NCBI GenBank assembly: GCA_963677435.1
Contig: OY781945.1
Location: 2,752,001-2,816,000 of the forward strand
Length of the DNA: 64,000 nt
Direction: 5' to 3'
Origin: an uncultured Aliarcobacter sp.
GTDB lineage: Bacteria; Campylobacterota; Campylobacteria; Campylobacterales; Arcobacteraceae
Shown here: positions 29,439-39,109 of the stretch, in pieces
How the letters are laid out: the number at the start of each line of letters is the position of its first letter
Numbering within the stretch: the stretch's first letter is position 1
Translations under genes and position numbers: made by a program
The notes under the pieces: generated by a model
The model's input: the letters and a program-made list of their open reading frames with translations, nothing else
The model's database searches: none
Told to the model about the DNA's origin: nothing

Positions 29439-31151
29439 ATGATAGATGTACAAAAAGAGATTGAGAAAAAATTTCCAAACATGGATAAAAAAGAGAACTT
29501 TCTAAAAAAATCTTTATTCAAAATTGCAAAAAAGATTGTTCATGAAGACTCAATAAACCAATTTTTAACACAAAACGCACACCTAAAAGGATTTGAATTT
29601 GTTGATGCGGTATTAGATTATTTTGATTTTGATTATACGGTTTCAAGTAGTGACTTACAAAATATTCCCACAAGTGGGAAAGTTATGATTATTGCAAATC
29701 ATCCTTTAGGTGGGCTTGATGCTTTATGTTTATTAAGATTGATTTCACAAGTGCGAAAAGATGTAAAGATTGTTGCAAATGACTTTTTAGCAGGATTTGA
29801 AGCTTTACATTCACTTTTAATCCCAATAGATAATTATAAAATTAGACAATCAAAAAATGATATAAAAAAAGTATATGAAGCTTTAAATAATGAAGAAGCT
29901 GTGATTATTTTTCCAGCAGGAGAAGTTAGTCGAGCGACACCAAAAGGAATAAAAGATCCACTTTGGAATAAAGGTTTTTTAAACTTTGCACAAAATACAA
30001 ATTCACCAATTCTACCAATATTTTTAGATGCAAAAAACTCAAAAACTTTTTACACAATTTCTGTAATAAACAAAACATTTTCAACTCTTTTGTTATCACA
30101 TGAAATGTTTAATAAAAAATCAAAAAGAATTGGTGTAAAAGTTGGACAAATTATTCCAAATGAAAACATTGCCCCAAAAGGAATAGATAAAAAATTTCTA
30201 TTAAATCTTTATAGAAAACATCTATATAGTTTGAAAAAGGGGAAAAAGTCTTTTTTTGAAACCCAAAGTGCAATTGCACATCCCGTAAGCCGAATTGATT
30301 TATTAAATGAGCTAAAAAAGTCAAATCTTATTGGTCAAACAAATGATGGAAAAAAAATATATTTATACGATTACACAGAAGATTCAATAGTTTTAAAAGA
30401 GCTTGGTAGATTAAGAGAGTTATCTTTTAGAAAAGTGGGTGAAGGTGTAAATAAAAAAAGAGATACGGATAAATATGATATTTATTACCAACATATTATT
30501 TTATGGGATGAAAATGATTTAGAGATTGTGGGTTCTTATAGAATTGGAAACTCTGATTTTATTTTTAAAAATATCGGTGTTAAAGGTTTTTATTCAAATA
30601 CTTTGTTTAAATATAATGAAGAGTTTATGCCTTATTTAAAAGATTCTATCGAGCTTGGACGAAGTTTCGTGCAACCAAAATATTGGGGAACAAGAGCTTT
30701 GGATTATTTATGGTTTGGAATTGGTGCATATTTAAGAACTAATCCAAATATCAAATATATGTTTGGTCCAGTTTCAATCAGCGCATCATTCCCAAGAGTT
30801 GCAAAAGATATGATGATATTTTATTATTCTCACTATTTTGGTGATGATGAAAACTTAGTTGAGCCAAAAGTTCCTTATTCTTATTCTAGTAATATTTTAG
30901 AAATTAAAGAGCTTTTTGATTTAAATGATAAGAAAAAAGATTTCAAATTTTTAAAATCAAGTTTAGCAAATATTGGGGTTTCTATTCCTACACTTTATAA
31001 ACAATATAGCGATATTGCAGAAGAAAAAGGTGTTAAATTTTTAGGATTTAATGTTGACAATGATTTTGCTGATTGTATTGATGGATTTATTTTAGTTGAA
31101 GTAGAAAAGATAAAAGATAGCGCTAGACAAAGGTATATAGAACGAGATTAA
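29439..31151 (+). CDS. Bifunctional acyltransferase, OlsF-like ornithine lipid synthase (PlsC-like plus GNAT domain)
   Basis: N-terminal NHPLGGLD (HX4D) and FPAGEV; C-terminal GRLRELSFRKVGEG, GSYR and IELGRSFV OlsB-like domain. Confidence 0.8.
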   Translation: MIDVQKEIEKKFPNMDKKENFLKKSLFKIAKKIVHEDSINQFLTQNAHLKGFEFVDAVLDYFDFDYTVSSSDLQNIPTSGKVMIIANHPLGGLDALCLLRLISQVRKDVKIVANDFLAGFEALHSLLIPIDNYKIRQSKNDIKKVYEALNNEEAVIIFPAGEVSRATPKGIKDPLWNKGFLNFAQNTNSPILPIFLDAKNSKTFYTISVINKTFSTLLLSHEMFNKKSKRIGVKVGQIIPNENIAPKGIDKKFLLNLYRKHLYSLKKGKKSFFETQSAIAHPVSRIDLLNELKKSNLIGQTNDGKKIYLYDYTEDSIVLKELGRLRELSFRKVGEGVNKKRDTDKYDIYYQHIILWDENDLEIVGSYRIGNSDFIFKNIGVKGFYSNTLFKYNEEFMPYLKDSIELGRSFVQPKYWGTRALDYLWFGIGAYLRTNPNIKYMFGPVSISASFPRVAKDMMIFYYSHYFGDDENLVEPKVPYSYSSNILEIKELFDLNDKKKDFKFLKSSLANIGVSIPTLYKQYSDIAEEKGVKFLGFNVDNDFADCIDGFILVEVEKIKDSARQRYIERD

Positions 31152-31167
31152 AAAAGAGTAGTAAAAA

Positions 31168-32391
31168 CTACTCTTTTATTATTTTAACTTTTTTCTTTTT
31201 ATGTCTATTTATATATAACATGAATCCAGTTATTGTAAACAGTGCCATAAGCGCTGAAGCTAAAAACATACCAATTTGTCCAATAAGGCCAAAATATTCC
31301 CCTGTGTGTAAAGGTAAAATACTTCTCATTAGTTGTTCATTTAAAGGTTTATCTTCAAATTTATCATGTTTTATTACTTCATTTGAATTAATATCAAGTT
31401 CTAATGTATTTACTTCTCTAAAGTAGTCTGATTTATCAATTAAATAACTAAAACTATAAACTGTTCCTTTTGGAGGAAATTTTACCGATGCAGTGTAATA
31501 ATTCATTTGAATAGTTGTATTAAATAAATCTACTGCTTTTTGATAATCATCAAAAGTAGCTACATTTTGTGAAGTTGGGATTTGTTCAATTTTTTCGCCA
31601 TCAACTCGTTGATTATCTTTATTTCTAGGTCCTCTTTGCCCTTGTGAATTATCCCTTTGTTGAGGATTTTTCATTTGTGCAGGCATATTTCTTTGAGGTT
31701 TTTCAACTCCTGCTATTTTATATAATGCTGCGTTGTACCAATCATATGACCAATAAAGTCCAGTTAATGCAGCAAGAAGATAAAAAGGTAAAACCCACAT
31801 ACCAACTGCACTGTGCATTGTTGAGAGAAAAGCTCTTCCATGATGTTTAAAACTAAATGTAAAACTCTTGAAAAATGCTCTTTTTATTCTTCCCCAATAA
31901 ACAACTACACCACTAAAAGCAAGAATAATTAAAGCTACTGTTGAAAAAGCAACTATTTGTTTTCCTACTTCTCTCATATTTCCTTCAAAAGCTAACCATC
32001 TGTGCAATCTAAGAACAAATTCGAAAAATTCTTTACCTTTAATTTGGGGTAAAACTTCTGCAGTATATGGATTTACATAATAATTTATTCCTCTTCTTGC
32101 TTCTTTTCCTTCCCCTGCAATATTTATAATAGTAGATGCTGTTTCATCTGTTGAAAATGAGACGCTATTTATCTTCGCTTTAGGATTAGTAGCTTGAAAT
32201 TTTTCTAATAACTCTTTTGTAGAAAGTTTTGCTTCATCTGGAACTGATACTACAAAAGTATCTTTATTTATAAATTTTATAATCTCTTTTTCAAAAGATA
32301 ATGTAGCTCCACTAATTCCAACAACTAAAAGCACAATTCCAGCTGTAATTCCTAAAATCCAATGAATTTTAAACCATATTTTTTTATGCAA
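31168..32391 (-). CDS. PepSY-associated TM helix protein (putative ferric-siderophore reductase)
   Basis: Conserved TM histidines in KIHW, RLHRW, TMHS and PLHTG; located downstream of a TonB receptor. Confidence 0.88.
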   Translation of the reverse strand: MHKKIWFKIHWILGITAGIVLLVVGISGATLSFEKEIIKFINKDTFVVSVPDEAKLSTKELLEKFQATNPKAKINSVSFSTDETASTIINIAGEGKEARRGINYYVNPYTAEVLPQIKGKEFFEFVLRLHRWLAFEGNMREVGKQIVAFSTVALIILAFSGVVVYWGRIKRAFFKSFTFSFKHHGRAFLSTMHSAVGMWVLPFYLLAALTGLYWSYDWYNAALYKIAGVEKPQRNMPAQMKNPQQRDNSQGQRGPRNKDNQRVDGEKIEQIPTSQNVATFDDYQKAVDLFNTTIQMNYYTASVKFPPKGTVYSFSYLIDKSDYFREVNTLELDINSNEVIKHDKFEDKPLNEQLMRSILPLHTGEYFGLIGQIGMFLASALMALFTITGFMLYINRHKKKKVKIIKE

Positions 32392-32453
32392 AATCTTGCT
32401 CCTTTTTAATTTAGGGAATTTTAACAGATAAATTTTAACAATATCTTAACGAA

Positions 32454-32472
32454 ATTGATAATTGTTATTGAA
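32454..32472. promoter_or_regulatory. Fur box
   Basis: ATTGATAATTGTTATTGAA resembles the 7-1-7 TGATAAT-N-ATTATCA consensus. Confidence 0.6.
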
Positions 32473-32511
32473 TTTAAAAACAAGTAGTGTTACTACTCAT
32501 TTTTAAGTTTT

Positions 32512-34506
32512 TTAGAAAGTTAAATTCATAGAAAAGCTATATCTTCTTCCATCAAGAACTACATCATATCCATCTTCTGTAGTTACCTCTTTATTTGTAA
32601 CATTATAAACACCAGATTTTAATTTTAATTTATCAGATACTTTATACACTAAACCTAAATCTGCAAAAGTATATGCTGGTTGTCGTTCCCCATCTGTATC
32701 TCCAGAAGTTTTACTTCTATAATTTGCTTGTGTCCATAAATCTAATTTTTTAGTTAATTCTAAATCTAATCCTGCATTAAACATATGTTCTGAAACATCA
32801 TTTAAAGGTTTCCCTTTATTTGTACCAGTTTTTTGTTCAGAATCAGTATATGTATAACTATGTCTATATGTTAAGTTTTCTAAAATATCATAATCAGTTG
32901 TTAATTCTAAACCTTGAAACTCTACTTTATCAACATTTTCATAAGCTGTATAACCATATTGATGAGCAGCATAAGTAGTTCCTTTATATGTACAAGGAGT
33001 ATTTGGTTCACAAATTCTGCCTGTTCTTGCAATTTTATCGTCAAAGTCTGTTTGATAAACAACTAAACTACCTTTTAGTCCTAAATCAGAATTATCATAA
33101 GAAACACCCGTTTCATAGTTTAAACTTGTTTCTGGTGTTAAATCTGGATTTCCAATCATAACTCCACCTCTTGAAACTCCAGCAAAATCAGTTGCACTTT
33201 GTCTTAAAGAAGGCGCTTTATATCCACTTGTTACTCCACCTTTTAAACTCCAATTATCTGTTAAATGATAAACTAAATAGGCTTTTGGACTAAAATTATC
33301 ACCAAATTTCTCATTTTCATCATATCTTCCACTTAGTGTTAAATATAAATCCTCTGTAAGTCCCCATTCATCTTCCCCAAAAATCGACCATTGGTATCTT
33401 TTCATTTTAACAATTTCATCATTTAAAGAACTTGTTGCACCATCTTCTAAATTTTCTTCTTTATAGTTTACACCTAAAGATGTTTTATGAGAATCAAAAA
33501 AATAAGTACCTTGTGTATTTAAAGTTAAAGTATTAAATTTTATTCCATTTCCTGTATCTTCATTTACTCTACTTGGATTTTCCGCATCATCATAATTAAC
33601 ATATGAATTTAATAAAAATTTATCATATTTTAATTCATGTGTTGCAGAATAATTATTTTTTATTGATTTAAAATATGATTCATCAGAAGTGCTTGCTAAA
33701 CTTTTACCTGGAGTAAATTTTCTTTCTTGTTTAGAGTAAAGATATTCTAAACCTAAAGTATTGTATTCATCTGGTGTTAGAGTTAATTTTGTACCAAAAT
33801 TTTTTCTTTTAAATTCAGGATCACTTCCTGCACTTTTTACGCTATCTGCACCAAAATTACTTTCGTCACTATTTAAAAAAGATCCATTTAAAGATAAAGA
33901 TAATAAATCTTTTACTAAAGGTGCATTAATAAACATACTTGTTGAAATTGAGTCATTATTTACTTTATTTGAAGAATCAGCCATTATATATTCTGTTGAA
34001 ATACCAGCTTTAACTTCATTACTATTCTTTTTAGTAATAATATTTATAACTCCACCCATTGCATCAGAACCATATAAAGAAGAAGCAGGACCTCTTATAA
34101 CTTCAATTCTTTCAATATTTTCAAGAGATGGTAAAAAATTAATTTGTGTTCCAGCTAATGAACCATTTGGATTAAAAGCATCGTTTCCTTGCATTGGTTT
34201 TCCATCTATTAAAAATAGTGTATATTCAGCACCCATACCTCTCATCATTACTGATTGATTAGAACCACCACCTGAAATATTAACTCCAGGAATATTTTTT
34301 AATGCATCAGTAACATCAGTATATGATTTTTTTTCTAACTCTTCTTTTGTAATAACAGAAATTGTTGCAGCTGCATCTTTTATATTTTGTTCATAACCAG
34401 AAGCTGATGTAACCGTAACTTCATCTAAATTTGTAGTATTATCAGCAAGTAAGGCAGCATTAGCAAGTAACAATGTTGCTGATATTTTAGTAATACTAAT
34501 TTTCAT
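32512..34506 (-). CDS. TonB-dependent receptor (CirA/IrgA/CfrA-like)
   Basis: TonB box DEVTVTSASG, plug IERIEVIRGPASSLYGSDAMGGVINIIT, C-terminal F. Confidence 0.93.
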   Translation of the reverse strand: MKISITKISATLLLANAALLADNTTNLDEVTVTSASGYEQNIKDAAATISVITKEELEKKSYTDVTDALKNIPGVNISGGGSNQSVMMRGMGAEYTLFLIDGKPMQGNDAFNPNGSLAGTQINFLPSLENIERIEVIRGPASSLYGSDAMGGVINIITKKNSNEVKAGISTEYIMADSSNKVNNDSISTSMFINAPLVKDLLSLSLNGSFLNSDESNFGADSVKSAGSDPEFKRKNFGTKLTLTPDEYNTLGLEYLYSKQERKFTPGKSLASTSDESYFKSIKNNYSATHELKYDKFLLNSYVNYDDAENPSRVNEDTGNGIKFNTLTLNTQGTYFFDSHKTSLGVNYKEENLEDGATSSLNDEIVKMKRYQWSIFGEDEWGLTEDLYLTLSGRYDENEKFGDNFSPKAYLVYHLTDNWSLKGGVTSGYKAPSLRQSATDFAGVSRGGVMIGNPDLTPETSLNYETGVSYDNSDLGLKGSLVVYQTDFDDKIARTGRICEPNTPCTYKGTTYAAHQYGYTAYENVDKVEFQGLELTTDYDILENLTYRHSYTYTDSEQKTGTNKGKPLNDVSEHMFNAGLDLELTKKLDLWTQANYRSKTSGDTDGERQPAYTFADLGLVYKVSDKLKLKSGVYNVTNKEVTTEDGYDVVLDGRRYSFSMNLTF

Positions 34507-34535
34507 ATTTTTTCCTTGTAAGTAAAATAAAATAT

Positions 34536-34580
34536 TTGGCTGGCTATTTGTAGAAGAACTTACTTTTGCTGGCTATTTGT
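34536..34580 (-). promoter_or_regulatory. Conserved 5'-leader direct-repeat element, copy 1 (candidate HmuP-responsive element)
   Basis: GCTGGCTATTTGT at 34539 and 34568; near-identical to 41479-41520. Confidence 0.7.
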
Positions 34581-34632
34581 TTTTTAATAACTTTTGAAAT
34601 CATATCTTGGAGAAATGATTTAAAAATGACAT

Positions 34633-34651
34633 TTTGATAATAACTATTATA
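34633..34651. promoter_or_regulatory. Fur box
   Basis: TTTGATAATAACTATTATA in the divergent receptor/RR spacer. Confidence 0.55.
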
Positions 34652-34721
34652 ATTGAAACTATATTTAAAGAAAATTTAATTATAATCCTTACTTGTTATA
34701 CATATAAAAAGGAATATAAAT

Positions 34722-35462
34722 TTGTCAACTAACTTGTGTTCAAAGAAAAATTTTGATATTTTAATTGTGGAAGATGAACCAATTTTAGCTATGGCTATGG
34801 AACTAAAACTTCAAAAATTAGGATTTGGGGTAAGTGGCATTGCCACAACTCCTAATAATGCAATTTTACATACAAATAATTATTACCCAGACCTTGCAAT
34901 AATTGACATTAATTTAAATGCTTCAAAAACAGGTATAGATGTAGCAACATATATTTGGAAAAATTTCAATATTCCAATTATTTTTTTAACTTCACATTAT
35001 GATGACAAAATTTTAAAACAAGCTATGGAAGCAGAACCTTATGCATACTTAATAAAACCCTGCAGAAATGAAGAACTAAAAGTTGCTATAAATACAGCTA
35101 TGCACAAACATCAATTCTTTTTTAAAAATAAAGAATTATTAAAAACTCCAAAAAATAAATTTATCTATTTGAGTGAAAATATTAAATTAGATACTATTCA
35201 ATTAGAACTTTTCATTGATGAAAAATTATTTACTCTAACAAAAACAGAAAAAAAACTATTTGAGATATTGACACTGAATCCTGGAAAAGTTGTGAGTTTT
35301 GATACTATTTTTAATTTTATATATAGGGAAGATGTTTATGATTTATCAAAATTAAGATCATTACTATATAGAATAAAAAACAAACTCAACTTCAATCCCT
35401 TTGAAAACTTATATGAAGAAGGTTATAGATTAAGAATTGTAAATACTGATGAAAATATTTAG
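34722..35462 (+). CDS. Response regulator (REC plus winged helix)
   Basis: ILIVEDE, IIDINL, YLIKP; C-terminal ENLYEEGYRL. Confidence 0.9.
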   Translation: MSTNLCSKKNFDILIVEDEPILAMAMELKLQKLGFGVSGIATTPNNAILHTNNYYPDLAIIDINLNASKTGIDVATYIWKNFNIPIIFLTSHYDDKILKQAMEAEPYAYLIKPCRNEELKVAINTAMHKHQFFFKNKELLKTPKNKFIYLSENIKLDTIQLELFIDEKLFTLTKTEKKLFEILTLNPGKVVSFDTIFNFIYREDVYDLSKLRSLLYRIKNKLNFNPFENLYEEGYRLRIVNTDENI

Positions 35463-37302
35463 ATTAAAAAATTACTCTTTTACAACAAAAATTATTCTAA
35501 CTTTTTTTATTTTTGTATCAATTTTCATGTCAATAAGATTTATTTTAATAATACCAAAAATCGAACAAGAGTCCTTAAATCAAGAGATAAGTTATATTAA
35601 TAGATTTTTAATAATCACTAAAAAACAACTAAAAATTGTGACTGATGTATTAGAAATGCAGTTAACTTTTCAAGAAAAAATCAGAAAAGAAGAAATCGAA
35701 AACGAAATTAAAAAATTAGATATGAAATCTAATCAACTGAGTAAACAAGAGCTAATAAATTTAATAAAAACTAATCCAATAATCAACTCTTGTTCATATA
35801 CTATTTCAAGTAATGATTTTTATTTTGAGAAAATAAATAAGGATAGAAGAGGAGAAATTGATAACTTTTTTTATAAAAATAATTCTAATGTTTTAAATCA
35901 ATGGACAAAAGAAGAAATAGAAAGCGGCTCAAACAAATTTATACAAAGTGATTACTCTTTTTATAATTATTTAAATACTCAAAAAGAATTAAATTTATCA
36001 ATACAATGTAGTAAAATAGATTTTAATACAAACTATGGAAATTTAAGTAAAAGTATAAAAGATAATATCAATGCTAATTTATTACTTAATACTAGTATTG
36101 AAACTACAAGAATATCTCTTTTTTGGGTAAATCAAAATTTAGATATTAATTCAAATGAAATTTTAAGTGAAGAGGATATTAAAAAAAGAAAAGAAAAATA
36201 TATTCTAAGTAATTTATCAAATGTTAAAAATATATCTACTGGAAATTTGACAATAAAAGAGATTTTTGAAGCAAGGGATAAAAAACCAATTGAACATAAA
36301 TTAGATGGTGAAACTCTTCTTTCATGGATTGTTGATTTAAGTTATAACAATAACTATTTTTTACTTGTTTATTCAATTAATAAAAAAGAGTTAGAAAATA
36401 AAAGTCGTGCAATGATATTTTTCTTATTACCCGAGATTTTCGCTATGGGAATTAGTTTTATTTTGATGTTATTTTTATTTAGAAGAATGTTAAAAGATGT
36501 TGATACCTTAACAAAAACAGCAATAAAAGCGAATCAAGGAATTAAAAATATAAGAAGTAATGTAAAAGGAGATGATGATATAGGAATTTTGGGTCGTTCT
36601 TTTGATTCAATGTTAGATTTTTTTGAAAATAGTATTAAAACTTTAGATAAAAAAGTTGAGGAAAAAACAAAAGAAATTTCTAAATCCTTAGAAGAAAAAG
36701 AGATTTTATTAAAAGAAATTCACCATAGAGTTAAAAATAATCTTGCTTTAACAATTAGTTTAATTGAGTTACAAGAAGAGGAAATTCAAGATGAAAAAGC
36801 AAAAAAAGTTCTTTTAAATATACAAGAAAGATTATATACCATGGAGCTTTTACATAGAAAACTTTATGAATCAACAAACCTAAATAAAATTTCTTTAAAA
36901 AGTTATATTACAGATTTAGTTCAAACTATTGCAAAAACATATATTAAAGAAAATGAAATTGATATAAAAATAAATATTGAAGATGTAAATTTAAACATTG
37001 AAACAGCTATGCCTTATGGATTGATTTTAAATGAACTTCTTACAAATGCTTTTAAATATGCTTTTAAAAATCAGAAAAATCCAACTCTTATAATAGATAT
37101 TTCAAAAAGTGAAGATGACAAAATTTTATTTATAGTTAAAGATAATGGAGAAGGATTAAAAAAAGAGTTTTCTAAAATTTCAAATGAAACTTTAGGATTA
37201 AGGCTTATTAGTATGATTGTAAAATACCAACTTATGGGAGAAATATTTTATGAGTATGAGAATGGTGCAAAATTTATAATTGAAGGGAAGATAAATAATT
37301 AG
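35449..37302 (+). CDS. Sensor histidine kinase, HisKA_2 type with HAMP domain
   Basis: Two TMs, LLKEIHHRVKNNL, NELLTNAFKY, DNGEG. Confidence 0.92.
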   Translation: MKIFRLKNYSFTTKIILTFFIFVSIFMSIRFILIIPKIEQESLNQEISYINRFLIITKKQLKIVTDVLEMQLTFQEKIRKEEIENEIKKLDMKSNQLSKQELINLIKTNPIINSCSYTISSNDFYFEKINKDRRGEIDNFFYKNNSNVLNQWTKEEIESGSNKFIQSDYSFYNYLNTQKELNLSIQCSKIDFNTNYGNLSKSIKDNINANLLLNTSIETTRISLFWVNQNLDINSNEILSEEDIKKRKEKYILSNLSNVKNISTGNLTIKEIFEARDKKPIEHKLDGETLLSWIVDLSYNNNYFLLVYSINKKELENKSRAMIFFLLPEIFAMGISFILMLFLFRRMLKDVDTLTKTAIKANQGIKNIRSNVKGDDDIGILGRSFDSMLDFFENSIKTLDKKVEEKTKEISKSLEEKEILLKEIHHRVKNNLALTISLIELQEEEIQDEKAKKVLLNIQERLYTMELLHRKLYESTNLNKISLKSYITDLVQTIAKTYIKENEIDIKINIEDVNLNIETAMPYGLILNELLTNAFKYAFKNQKNPTLIIDISKSEDDKILFIVKDNGEGLKKEFSKISNETLGLRLISMIVKYQLMGEIFYEYENGAKFIIEGKINN

Positions 37303-37303
37303 A

Positions 37304-38380
37304 TTAAAATATTATGTTTTTTATTTTAACTTCTTCTATATTTTTACAACCTGTAAATATCATAGAGACTTCAAGTTCCTCTTTTAAAATCTTTAAAGTA
37401 TGTGCAACACCTAAAGCTCCGGCTGTTGCCAAACCATACATTATAGGTCTGCCAATCATAACTGCACTTGCACCTAGTGCAATAGCTTTTATAACATCTG
37501 TTCCTCTTTTTATTCCACCATCAAATAAAATTGGAATTTTTCCATTTATAACCTTTGCTATTTTTGGCAATATTTCTATTGATGAGGGAAGAGTATCTAT
37601 GGTTCTACCTCCATGATTTGAAACTATGATTGCATCAACTTTTAGTTCAAGGGCTTTTTTGGCTGAATTTACAGAAGTTATTCCTTTTAAAATAACAGGA
37701 AGTTTTGTATTGTTTTTGATAAATTCTATATCTTTCCAAGTTGGAAGAATATTTGTTATATCTAAGATATTTTCAAAATTACTTGTTGTTTGAAGAGGAT
37801 TATTTATATTTACAGCACATATCTCTTTTGGCAAAAAAAATCCAGCTCTTTGTTCAACATTTCTAATACCACTAATTGGAGCATCTATGGTAATAACTAA
37901 AGCTTTGAAGCCTAAGTTTTCAGCTTTTCTTATAAGTTCAAGATTTATTTTCATCTCGGGTTGAATATATAACTGAAACCAAAGAGGTGAACTTGTAGTG
38001 CTTGAAATATCTTCTAAAGTTGAGCTTGAAAATGAACTAACGCACATACAAGTTTTCATAGCATTTGCAGCTTGGGCTGTTGCTATTTCGCCATTTAAAT
38101 CTACTAATTTTTGATAGGCAACTGGTGCTAAAAAAATAGGAGTTTCATAAGTTTGTCCAAACAGTTCTATTTTTGTATTTGCACCATTTAAATCTTCTAA
38201 AGTATTTGTTTCTAAAAAAATATTCGAAAAAGCCTCTTCATTTCTTCTAAAAGTTACCTCATCCCCTGCTCCACTACAAACATAAGCTAAAGAGTTTAAA
38301 TCCATTCTCTCTTTTGCATATCGTTCATAATCTTTAAGTGATACCAAATCATTTGGGATGAAATTTAGTTTTTCGCTCAA
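37304..38380 (-). CDS. FMN-dependent alpha-hydroxy acid oxidase/dehydrogenase
   Basis: WFQLY, ITIDAP, ILKG, VSNHGGR, DGGIKRGTD. Likely TTG start at 38380 overlapping the upstream stop. Confidence 0.9.
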   Translation of the reverse strand: MSEKLNFIPNDLVSLKDYERYAKERMDLNSLAYVCSGAGDEVTFRRNEEAFSNIFLETNTLEDLNGANTKIELFGQTYETPIFLAPVAYQKLVDLNGEIATAQAANAMKTCMCVSSFSSSTLEDISSTTSSPLWFQLYIQPEMKINLELIRKAENLGFKALVITIDAPISGIRNVEQRAGFFLPKEICAVNINNPLQTTSNFENILDITNILPTWKDIEFIKNNTKLPVILKGITSVNSAKKALELKVDAIIVSNHGGRTIDTLPSSIEILPKIAKVINGKIPILFDGGIKRGTDVIKAIALGASAVMIGRPIMYGLATAGALGVAHTLKILKEELEVSMIFTGCKNIEEVKIKNIIF

Positions 38381-39057
38381 AGCTCTGCCCACTCTTGAAG
38401 TAGTTTATGATAATGAATTGATAAATTTACAGCTTCTGGTGTTTCTCCATATTTTGCTCTTAAACTTTGAATTGTATTATCAAGTTCAAATAAAATACTT
38501 CTTTTCCAAGCACTTCTAATCATACTTTGAATCCACATAAAGCTAACCATTCTAACGCCTTTTGTAACTGGTTCAACTCTGTGTAAAGAAGTAGATGGAT
38601 AAAGAAGTAAATCCCCTGCTGGAAGTTTTACTTCGTGGGTTCCAAAAGTATCAACAATAACCATTTCACCACCTTCATATTCTTCTGGGTCAGTGAAAAA
38701 AAGTGAACATGAAATATCTGTACGAAAGTTTTTGCCAACAGTTGTATCATATAAAATTGAGTTATCAACATGATTCCCATAAGCACCACTATTTTCATAT
38801 CTATTTACAAATGGAGAAATTATATGATTTGGTAAGGCAGCTGATACAAATAGAGGATTTGCTTTTAAACAAGAAGTTATAATTTCTCTTAAATATTTTA
38901 ACAAAGGATCAGTTTCAGCTAATTGTAGATTACTTTTTACATTAACAGCTTGTGAACCAGCTGTTAGTTTTCCATCTATCCAAGAAGCTTTTTCTAAGAG
39001 TTTTCGACACTCAATTAATTGGTCTTTTGTTAATACATTTGGTATATGTAGAAGCAT
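38377..39057 (-). CDS. PKHD-type Fe(II)/2-oxoglutarate hydroxylase (PiuC/YbiX)
   Basis: WIDGKLTAG, HVDN, YEGGE, LYPSTSLHRVEPVTKGVR. Confidence 0.93.
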   Translation of the reverse strand: MLLHIPNVLTKDQLIECRKLLEKASWIDGKLTAGSQAVNVKSNLQLAETDPLLKYLREIITSCLKANPLFVSAALPNHIISPFVNRYENSGAYGNHVDNSILYDTTVGKNFRTDISCSLFFTDPEEYEGGEMVIVDTFGTHEVKLPAGDLLLYPSTSLHRVEPVTKGVRMVSFMWIQSMIRSAWKRSILFELDNTIQSLRAKYGETPEAVNLSIHYHKLLQEWAEL

Positions 39058-39079
39058 TTTTCATTTCCCTTTTATAAAT

Positions 39080-39103
39080 TTAGTCCCTTAAAAAAGGGAC
39101 TAA
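39080..39103. terminator. Intergenic hairpin after the receptor gene (terminator or mRNA stabiliser)
   Basis: TTAGTCCCTT-AAAA-AAGGGACTAA, a perfect 10-bp stem. Confidence 0.55.
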
Positions 39104-39109
39104 TCTTTT

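Noticed and set aside
34536..34580. GCTGGCTA repeats as a mini CRISPR array
   Set aside because: Only two short units per locus, the 'spacer' is conserved between loci, and no cas operon is present.
34559..34603. 14-codon upstream ORF (MISKVIKKTNSQQK) in the CirA-like leader
   Set aside because: No RBS, its ATG lies within the predicted TATGAT -10 hexamer, and I saw no matching uORF at the second element copy.
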